This document shows, one piece after another, positions 7,740 through 15,134 of a stretch of 21,070 bases of DNA (within the stretch, counting starts at the first letter, position 1; the number at the start of each line of letters is the position of its first letter). The DNA comes from an uncultured bacterium (GTDB taxonomy: Bacteria > Hydrogenedentota > Hydrogenedentia > Hydrogenedentales > JAEUWI01): contig CAXBPH010000107.1 in assembly GCA_963977445.1 (NCBI GenBank), positions 1 to 21,070 of the forward strand. The letters are read 5' to 3'. A model generated the notes under the pieces. That model saw only the letters and a list, made by a program, of their open reading frames with translations. It was not told where the DNA came from and ran no database searches. The position numbers and the translations under genes were made by a program.

Positions 7740-7774
7740 GGGAGATATTTCCACGTGGATCGGGCTGTGCCGTT

Positions 7775-8185
7775 TTACCCGTTGCTGTCGTCCTGGCCCA
7801 CCAGGTTTACCCAGACTTTGCGGTGGCGTGGGCCATCAAATTCACAAAAGTAGATGGACTGCCAGGTCCCGAACTGGAGTCGCCCCCCCTCAATGAGGAC
7901 CAACTCGGAGAAGCCCATCATACTGGCTTTCACATGGGCCGCCGCATTGCCTTCCCTATGGGCGTAGCCGCCTTCCCAAGGCACGGCCCGTTCCAGGATG
8001 AGCTCCATATCGGCCACTACATCGGGATCGGCGTTCTCGTTGATCGTAATGCCGGCGGTGGTATGAGGAACAAAGAGCTGGACGAAGCCCCGCCCTATCC
8101 CCGCTTCCTGAACACATTGCTGGACCAGACGGTCTATATTGATAAATTCGGTGTGCTGGCGGGAGATGACTTCGATTTCTTTCAT
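7775..8185 (-). CDS. yjbQ: YjbQ/UPF0047 family protein (secondary thiamine-phosphate synthase family)
   Basis: Motifs PHTTAGITINENADPDV..D, YAHREGNAAAHVKAS, GTWQSIYFCEFDGPR.R. Confidence 0.95.
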   Translation of the reverse strand: MKEIEVISRQHTEFINIDRLVQQCVQEAGIGRGFVQLFVPHTTAGITINENADPDVVADMELILERAVPWEGGYAHREGNAAAHVKASMMGFSELVLIEGGRLQFGTWQSIYFCEFDGPRHRKVWVNLVGQDDSNG

Positions 8186-8191
8186 AATAAC

Positions 8192-9886
8192 TTAGAGCTC
8201 CATGGAATTGAGGTTGCGCAATCCGAGTCGCATGGGCAGGAGTGTGCACAGCGCGCCCAGGGCAGTAATGAGACCCATGGCCACCAGCACGGTCCCCCGA
8301 AATTGTGCTTCCCCCGTATAGAGGTCCAGGGCTTTCCACTGCAGAACAAGAACTTGGATGCTGACCACACAAATGACGAAGGCGACACTGCTGAGCAGAT
8401 TGAGGGTCCCTCCCATTCCCGATACGATGCGGGCAGGATTGTCCTCCGTGAAGGTGGGATAAAGCGCCCCTAAGCCCACGGCGAGTCCCGAGAGGCCCAG
8501 ATTCGATAAGAAGACGCTGTAGACGGTTATAGCGTAGTGGAGGGGCTCCAATTGGAGGATGTGGCCCGATAGCACGGCCAGGCCTACGGTAAAAAAGGAT
8601 GTCAGCGCGACACTGAGCCAGAATTTCTGCCACATGAGCTGGCTGAACGTCAGCGGTGCCATACCCAGAATCCAGATCCGCCTGCCTTCCAGACTGATCA
8701 GGGGGAAAACAAAGCGACTGGTCAGGGTCGCCACGATCAAGGTTACGGCACCAACATTCAAACACGCGATCCAACCGCGCCAGAATTCGGTTTCATAGAG
8801 CCGCGTTGAGTTTCGGATATTGGCGATGTAGATGGCCATAATACCGAAGAAAATGATGAACTGAGACCACTGGGTCGGGTCCCGCCAGAAGAGTTTGATG
8901 TCCTTGTGAAACAGGGAGCGATAGGGCTCCTTCAGAGGCCTGAGGAGGGTATTGAGGCAGGCCAGGGGGCCCCGGTCCATCGGCTTTATGCGCTGTTTGT
9001 CCTGGCCCATTAGGTAGGACCAGCCCGGGTAGAAAATACGATTCGCCAGACGTCCCGTCAGGTAAATGGCAAAGAGGGCGGTCGACAGCAGGAGGAGAAA
9101 CCAGAAGAGGGTCTCGCTATAGTTGCCATCCCCTGCCATGCGGATACCCTGGGCCGCCCAGTGACTCGGAAATAAGGGCGACTGGGTGCTGTCCATCGCC
9201 TCCCGTATCGCGGCGATGGTCTGCATCTCCGAGAAGCGGGCCCCCTTAAGCACGCTTCGAATGTACACAAAAAAGCCGACCAGGGTGCCCCCACCCAGAA
9301 GGGCCACGGTGAGCGTGTTCATTCGGGGAAAGTAGCGTACAAGAACCATGGTGATGGTTGTGCCGAGACAGGCAGGAATCACGACAAAGGGAAGAAAAAA
9401 GAGGACAACGGCAATGTAGAATATAAAATGGGCGTTCGTATTCCAGGCATAGGCCAGCATCATGGGTGAGCCCAGATAGGCCAGCGACCAGGAGCTGAAG
9501 AGCACACTTTCAATAAATCGCGCATAGAAAAAGTCGGTGTAACTGATGGGGCCTTGCAGCAGGTAGACCACTTCTCTGGAGCGGTAGAGGGTTGAGAAGG
9601 CCACGAGTGTATTGGAGAACGCCATCAGCAGGAAGATGGAGAGGGCGAAAATACTGAGGCTTTGACGGAGCAGGGCTGTGCCAAAGGCGAATTCACTGCC
9701 GTCCTGTCCCCCAAAATGAATGAGCCAGCGGAAGCCCAGATGAAAGATGAGCAGGGCCCCCAGCCAGAGCCCAATCGCCGCGATGGAGAGTACCGCGACT
9801 TTCAACTTGGATTGATGGCGGACAGACGCGATCTGGTGTCGCGCCATGTGGGTCTTTGCAATGAATACAGCCCATACCTGATTCAT
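8192..9886 (-). CDS. Large putative ABC transporter permease (ABC-2/ABC_tran_2-like, roughly 12-14 TM segments)
   Basis: Many hydrophobic segments; motifs 'LYRSREV.YLL..P', 'KDIKLFWRDP.QWSQ', 'FPLISLEGRRIWIL..AP'. ATGA overlap with the upstream ATPase. Confidence 0.88.
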   Translation of the reverse strand: MNQVWAVFIAKTHMARHQIASVRHQSKLKVAVLSIAAIGLWLGALLIFHLGFRWLIHFGGQDGSEFAFGTALLRQSLSIFALSIFLLMAFSNTLVAFSTLYRSREVVYLLQGPISYTDFFYARFIESVLFSSWSLAYLGSPMMLAYAWNTNAHFIFYIAVVLFFLPFVVIPACLGTTITMVLVRYFPRMNTLTVALLGGGTLVGFFVYIRSVLKGARFSEMQTIAAIREAMDSTQSPLFPSHWAAQGIRMAGDGNYSETLFWFLLLLSTALFAIYLTGRLANRIFYPGWSYLMGQDKQRIKPMDRGPLACLNTLLRPLKEPYRSLFHKDIKLFWRDPTQWSQFIIFFGIMAIYIANIRNSTRLYETEFWRGWIACLNVGAVTLIVATLTSRFVFPLISLEGRRIWILGMAPLTFSQLMWQKFWLSVALTSFFTVGLAVLSGHILQLEPLHYAITVYSVFLSNLGLSGLAVGLGALYPTFTEDNPARIVSGMGGTLNLLSSVAFVICVVSIQVLVLQWKALDLYTGEAQFRGTVLVAMGLITALGALCTLLPMRLGLRNLNSMEL

Positions 9887-10626
9887 GAGATGGGTTTCGC
9901 TAATTCGTCGCGGGTCAGGGTAAGAAACACATCTTCCAGAGAGCCTGGATTCTCATGGAGGGCCTTTATTTCGGCCACCGTACCCATTTCCAGGAGTTTT
10001 CCCTGGTTGATGATGCCGATCTTATCGGCAATCTCCTCGGCGATACTGAGGGTGTGGGTCGACATGAAAACGGTGAGTCCCTCATTGCGCGTTTTTTCTT
10101 TCAGGAAATCTTTTACAAAACGGATGTTCTTGGGGTCCAGGCCCACCCAGGGTTCATCCACGATGACCACCTTCGGGTCATGAAGGAAACAGGACGCAAA
10201 AGAAAGCTTCTGTCGCATGCCGTGGCTATAGTCCTCGACGAGTTGGTCGCCTACGTGGGCGATCTCAAACATTTCGAGTAGTTTCTCGCAGTGGACCTGA
10301 TAGTAAGACTCGGGAATTTGATACAGCCCCGCGACGAAACGCATGAACTCCCGCCCCGTCAACTTGTCATAGAGAAAGGGGTGGTCGGGCACGTATCCCA
10401 TGCAGCGTTTGGCGGCCACCGGGTCTTCCTGGACGTTTATCCCCCCTATCGATACCGTTCCACCGCTGGGCCGCAATAATCCGGTCATCATTTTGATGGT
10501 GGTGGTTTTTCCGGCACCGTTGGGGCCGAGAAAACAAAAAAACGTGCCCTCGGGGATGTCGAGATCGAGGGGTGCTACGGCCAGTTTCTCACCGAAGTGC
10601 TTGGTGAGCTGTGTCGCTTGAATCAT
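9883..10626 (-). CDS. ABC transporter ATP-binding protein (ABC-2/CcmA-like exporter type)
   Basis: Walker A GPNGAGKTT, signature YSHGMRQK, Walker B VIVDEP, GLD loop, STH switch. Strong SD AAGGAGG before the ATG. Confidence 0.97.
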   Translation of the reverse strand: MIQATQLTKHFGEKLAVAPLDLDIPEGTFFCFLGPNGAGKTTTIKMMTGLLRPSGGTVSIGGINVQEDPVAAKRCMGYVPDHPFLYDKLTGREFMRFVAGLYQIPESYYQVHCEKLLEMFEIAHVGDQLVEDYSHGMRQKLSFASCFLHDPKVVIVDEPWVGLDPKNIRFVKDFLKEKTRNEGLTVFMSTHTLSIAEEIADKIGIINQGKLLEMGTVAEIKALHENPGSLEDVFLTLTRDELAKPIS

Positions 10627-10669
10627 AATCCTCCTTCAATACGCCGTGCCATCGTGCTTCTGGAACGCG

Positions 10670-12160
10670 TTATTCGTCGCAGGCGATGACGTCCAGTTGT
10701 ATTTGACCGATATAGCCCGCCAACTGTACCCAGGATGCAATGCTGCCATTGAAGAGCTTGATGTGGGTGGCGTCGACGTCGTGTTGCCCCAAGGTCGGAT
10801 CCAGCGGATACCACTGTGTGCCGATGTGTACTTCAGGCCAGGCATGGTAGCCCAGCCCTTCGAGGGTATCGCTGTAGACCAGCCCGATGGCAATGCGGGT
10901 CGGGATGCCTATGGAGCGGGCCAATGCGGTATACAACACGGTGTGTTCGTTGCAGTCCCCGCTTTTGGTGCGGAGGACATCCAGGGCGCTGGGTACGCTT
11001 AAGACGGGGACCTTGTCGATATGGGTATAGAGCCAATGGTGGAGCAAGAGGGCCTGATTTCGCGGATCGGTTTCATCGCCTATGATTTCCACGGCCTGCT
11101 CCTGGATCATGGGATGGTTGGTGGCCACAAAAGCGTCGTCTCCCAGGAAAGGCGCGGGGTCGAAATCGTTGTCCCTATCCCCCGCTTCCGTCGAATCAGG
11201 ATAGCTGGATTGTATAATCGTGACCACGTCGTTCTCACGGATCTGCCAGGGCGGATCATTGGGAAACAACGCGGGGTCCAGGCCGGAAACCCGAACCACA
11301 AGACGGGACGCATCGTTATGCATGGGCTTACCCGTGGGCACAATGGCCAGATCTCGAATGAGATCACTGCTCTCGTTGGCCACCACGGGAATGTCGAGTT
11401 CGGCGGGGGAAATCTTGCGCAGGGTGAATCCGAAGGGCGTGCTGGCCTGTACGACTTCCCCGGAATCGTCCACCCAGGCGTTACTGGTCATCCCTCCAAG
11501 GACGGTCTCGTAGACGCGCGTCTCAACCGGCACGTTGCTGATGCGAAGGGTTTCCCTGCCGGTGCAGGTGACCTTCGCCTTTGATGGGGTCATGGCGATG
11601 GGGTCAAAGGCGGCCATGGTGGTGGATTCACCCGGCTCCAGTTCCGGCATGGCCGCAGCCGGGAGTCCCATACCACTCCCAAGGACCATGGCCGTATCCA
11701 CCGGAAAATCGAGGGGGATGGATTGTCCCCCCGTATCCAGCGTGCCCGATAGGCGATTTTCGGCGATGGTACCGTGCAGCCCCATTTTCGTGTCGCTCGC
11801 GAGAATGGAGAATTCGAATTCGGCCGTTTCCCCCGACGTGGCCGTCCAGGCCTCTCCGGAAAGCTTCATGCCAGCGACAATACCAAAGAGCTCTGTCTCT
11901 ACGGACGCATCCAGTTGAAGATGGTAGCCGGGAACGGCCGCCCGTTCTTCCGCCGCGCTTTGCATATGGAGGTGGCCCACGCGGTGGTCGTCATTGATGT
12001 ATAGCCCCATCCATTGATCCTGCGGGACGAATTCCGCCGGTGGCAATGGGGTGCCACCACGCAACGGGGGCCCATATTCCCGATAAAGGAACAGGGCCAT
12101 CATAACGAGCCAGAAGCACGTTATGAGGATGGGTCCTATACGACGTGGCTTCCGCAGCAC
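10670..12160 (-). CDS. Membrane-anchored transglutaminase-like (Cys-His-Asp) protein
   Basis: N-terminal TM (ILITCFWLVMMALFLY), a long beta-rich middle region, and C-terminal GDCNEH...YHAWPEV...PLDPT catalytic triad motifs. The GTG start overlaps the end of secA by 25 nt. Confidence 0.92.
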   Translation of the reverse strand: MLRKPRRIGPILITCFWLVMMALFLYREYGPPLRGGTPLPPAEFVPQDQWMGLYINDDHRVGHLHMQSAAEERAAVPGYHLQLDASVETELFGIVAGMKLSGEAWTATSGETAEFEFSILASDTKMGLHGTIAENRLSGTLDTGGQSIPLDFPVDTAMVLGSGMGLPAAAMPELEPGESTTMAAFDPIAMTPSKAKVTCTGRETLRISNVPVETRVYETVLGGMTSNAWVDDSGEVVQASTPFGFTLRKISPAELDIPVVANESSDLIRDLAIVPTGKPMHNDASRLVVRVSGLDPALFPNDPPWQIRENDVVTIIQSSYPDSTEAGDRDNDFDPAPFLGDDAFVATNHPMIQEQAVEIIGDETDPRNQALLLHHWLYTHIDKVPVLSVPSALDVLRTKSGDCNEHTVLYTALARSIGIPTRIAIGLVYSDTLEGLGYHAWPEVHIGTQWYPLDPTLGQHDVDATHIKLFNGSIASWVQLAGYIGQIQLDVIACDE

Positions 12161-14901
12161 TTCTTATATTTCTTGCCACTTCCACAGGGGCATTTCTCGT
12201 TGGGTCCGACCTTTTTTTCGACGCGGAGGGGTTGGGGCTTCTTCTTCGCGGTACGGGCCGATTTTACGGTAGAGACGCTACCCGATTCCGGGGTGGCATC
12301 GTCTGGGCCGGAAAGCTCAAAACGGGTCGTGTCGAAGCTTGCGAAGCTGCTGTCGGCCTCCTTGTCAGCCGCCACATAGTGGTACTGATTCAGTTGGGCA
12401 AAGGGATCTTCCTGCTGCGTGAGGGTGCCCCGCTGAATACTCGCAGCACGGCGTTTGCGGACTTCGGGGTCGGTCAGGCGGAAGAGCGTGGTAATGACGC
12501 TTTCTTCGATGCCCTTTACCATGTTCTGGAACATCTCGAAACCTTCCTGCTTATATTCCAGCAAGGGGTCTTTCTGTCCAAAGGCACGAAGCCGCACGGA
12601 CTCCCGCAGGTAATCCATTTCGTAGAGGTGGTCGATCCACTTGTCATCCACGGCGCGCAGCAGACACATCAACTCGAGGTCATGGACACGCTTTCGGGCC
12701 ATGGCAGCAAAATCGATAACCGACTCATCCCCACCGATTTCCTGGCGGAAACTCTCGCGAATTTCGTTGTTCATGCTATCTTCACGGCGTTGATAGTCTG
12801 CCAATACCTGTTCATACAAGGCCGGCGTCAGATCGTCTTCCATCTCGATGTCGAGATTTACGGTGAAGTGAAAGAGTACCTCCAGACGTTTTTCGAGGCC
12901 TTCGAGGTCCCATTCATCCTGAGAGACGGCTTCCGGTGCATATTCATCCACCACGTCGCCAATGGTATTCTTAAACATTTCCCGAAGCTGCTCGGTGACG
13001 TCATTGTCTTCCAGCACGTTTCGGCGCATGGCATAAATGTATTTACGCTGCTTGTCCATCACTTGGTCGTAGTCAAGAACGTGTTTACGACTCTCAAAGT
13101 GGAGCTCTTCGACCTGACGCTGGGAACGTTCAATGGTGCGCGTCACCATACGTTGGCTCAGGGGTTCCTCGTCCATCTCCTGACCGCCCATGAAGTCCAC
13201 GAGCTTCTTGACGCGATCGCCACCGAAGAGGCGGGCTACGTCATCTTCGAGGCTTACGTAAAAGCGGGTCGTGCCGGGGTCACCCTGACGGCCGCAACGA
13301 CCACGAAGCTGGTTGTCGATTCGCCGGGACTCGTGCCGCTCGGTGCCGATGATGTAGAGGCCGCCATTTTCGCGGATACCTTCCGCGAGCTTAATATCCG
13401 TACCACGACCGGCCATATTGGTGGCAATCGTAATGGCACCGGCTTTACCGGCGTTTGAAATAATCGCCGCTTCCCGCTCATGGTGCTTTGCGTTAAGGAC
13501 CTGATAATTCTCGATCCCCTCCTCCTGCATCATGCTGGCAAGGAGTTCGGATTTTTCAATGGAGACCGTACCCACCAACGTGGGGCGTCCCTGGGCCTGG
13601 ATCTCCCTGATGTCGTTGATAACGTAACGAAACTTGCCTTTTTCTGTGGCGAAGATGAGATCCGTTTCATCCAAACGGGCCGCAGGTAAGTTTGTCGGAA
13701 TCTGGGTCACGTCGAGGCCGTAGACTTTGTCAAACTCAGCCGCTTCGGTGACGGCGGTACCGGTCATACCCGCGAGTTTAGCGTAGAGGCGGAAATAGTT
13801 CTGGTAGGTGATGCTGGCCACGGTCTGGGACTCGAAGCGCAGGGGCACATGCTCTTTGGCTTCCAGGGCCTGGTGCAGTCCGTCAGAATAGCGACGACCT
13901 TCCATGGTGCGCCCGGTGAACTCGTCGACGATGAGGACCTCGTTATCCTTCACCATATAATCTTTGTCGCGCTTGAAGAAGTGGAACGCCTTCAGCGACT
14001 GTTCAATCATGTGGGCCCAGCCGAGGGTCTCGTCCGTGTAGAGGTCATCAATACCCAGCAGCCGTTCCACGGTTTCCATACCTTCGTCGGTAAGGATGAT
14101 GTGGCGCTGTTTCTCGTCCATTTCAAAGTGCTCATCCTTCCGCAATTTGCGGACGGCCTCGTCAACTTTCAAATAGAGATCGCTGCTCTTTTCGGGGCGC
14201 CCGGAAATAATGAGGGGCGTACGGGCCTCATCGATGAGGATCGAGTCCACTTCGTCGACGATAGCGAAGTTGAGTTCCCGCTGCACCCGGTGGTCGGGGT
14301 GTTTCGCCATGTTGTCGCGGAGATAATCAAAGCCAAATTCATTGTTGGTGCCGTAGGTGATATCCGCGCGATAGCCCACCTTACGTTCCAGGTGGTCCAT
14401 GTCCGACTGAATCAAACCCACGGTGAGTCCCATGAATTCATAGATGGGCCGCATCCACTCGGCGTCACGCTGGGCGAGATAGTCATTCACCGTGACCACA
14501 TGGACGCCCCGCCCCGACAAGGCGTTGAGGTATACGGGCAGGATGGCGACCAGGGTCTTACCTTCACCGGTGGTCATTTCAGCAATGTTGCCCTGGTGGA
14601 GGGTGGTACCGCCGATAATCTGCACATCGAAAGGGCGCATGCCTGCGATACGTTTGGCGGCTTCCCGCGCCACGGCGAAGGCCTGGGGCAGGATGTCGTC
14701 AAGGGTTTCGCCATCGGCGAGTCGCTGTTTGAAGATGCCGGTCTGCCGACGCAACTCATCATCCTTCATGTGGACAATGCGGGCTTCTTCCGCACGAACG
14801 GCTTCAACGATGGGCATGAAACGTTTTACTTCGCGGTCTTTTTCAGATCCGAAGATGGCTGTGAGAACTTTTTGAAACACTGCGCTATAGTCTCCGCCCA
14901 T
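12136..14901 (-). CDS. secA: Preprotein translocase subunit SecA (start ATG 14901 or GTG 14880)
   Basis: EMTTGEGKT, VTVNDYLA, DEVDSILIDEARTPLIISG, GMTGTA, ATNMAGRGTDI, HESRRIDNQLRGR, and C-terminal SEC-C CPCGSGKKYKKCCG. Confidence 0.99.
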   Translation of the reverse strand: MGGDYSAVFQKVLTAIFGSEKDREVKRFMPIVEAVRAEEARIVHMKDDELRRQTGIFKQRLADGETLDDILPQAFAVAREAAKRIAGMRPFDVQIIGGTTLHQGNIAEMTTGEGKTLVAILPVYLNALSGRGVHVVTVNDYLAQRDAEWMRPIYEFMGLTVGLIQSDMDHLERKVGYRADITYGTNNEFGFDYLRDNMAKHPDHRVQRELNFAIVDEVDSILIDEARTPLIISGRPEKSSDLYLKVDEAVRKLRKDEHFEMDEKQRHIILTDEGMETVERLLGIDDLYTDETLGWAHMIEQSLKAFHFFKRDKDYMVKDNEVLIVDEFTGRTMEGRRYSDGLHQALEAKEHVPLRFESQTVASITYQNYFRLYAKLAGMTGTAVTEAAEFDKVYGLDVTQIPTNLPAARLDETDLIFATEKGKFRYVINDIREIQAQGRPTLVGTVSIEKSELLASMMQEEGIENYQVLNAKHHEREAAIISNAGKAGAITIATNMAGRGTDIKLAEGIRENGGLYIIGTERHESRRIDNQLRGRCGRQGDPGTTRFYVSLEDDVARLFGGDRVKKLVDFMGGQEMDEEPLSQRMVTRTIERSQRQVEELHFESRKHVLDYDQVMDKQRKYIYAMRRNVLEDNDVTEQLREMFKNTIGDVVDEYAPEAVSQDEWDLEGLEKRLEVLFHFTVNLDIEMEDDLTPALYEQVLADYQRREDSMNNEIRESFRQEIGGDESVIDFAAMARKRVHDLELMCLLRAVDDKWIDHLYEMDYLRESVRLRAFGQKDPLLEYKQEGFEMFQNMVKGIEESVITTLFRLTDPEVRKRRAASIQRGTLTQQEDPFAQLNQYHYVAADKEADSSFASFDTTRFELSGPDDATPESGSVSTVKSARTAKKKPQPLRVEKKVGPNEKCPCGSGKKYKKCCGSHVV

Positions 14902-14972
14902 GGTTGGGCCTGGTTACGTATTCAGCTGGCACCCGGATGTGGTGTCGGTTTTGTTATATCTGGTACTATCGC

Positions 14973-14981
14973 ATGATAGCA
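14973..14981 (-). promoter_or_regulatory. Possible extended -10 promoter for the secA operon
   Basis: Minus strand TGcTATCAT about 70 nt upstream of secA. No recognisable -35. Confidence 0.35.
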
Positions 14982-15134
14982 AAGGGTGGGCAGGAATTTC
15001 TATGAGGACCAGGGGATTTAGAATTGAGAAGTAGTCTGTTATGAAGGACTTCCATCGAAGACACCCGTTGCTGACGTCGGGTCATGTGTCACGTGAATTG
15101 AATTGGAACGCCACCTTCTCGGGGGACCATTGAG

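Noticed and set aside
7589..8473. 294-aa plus-strand ORF overlapping yjbQ and the permease end
   Set aside because: Antisense to two well-supported genes, with no SD or motif.
12145..14976. Long plus-strand ORFs (437 aa and 375 aa) antisense to secA
   Set aside because: They are antisense shadows of a codon-biased conserved gene in GC-rich DNA, with no recognisable motifs or translation signals.
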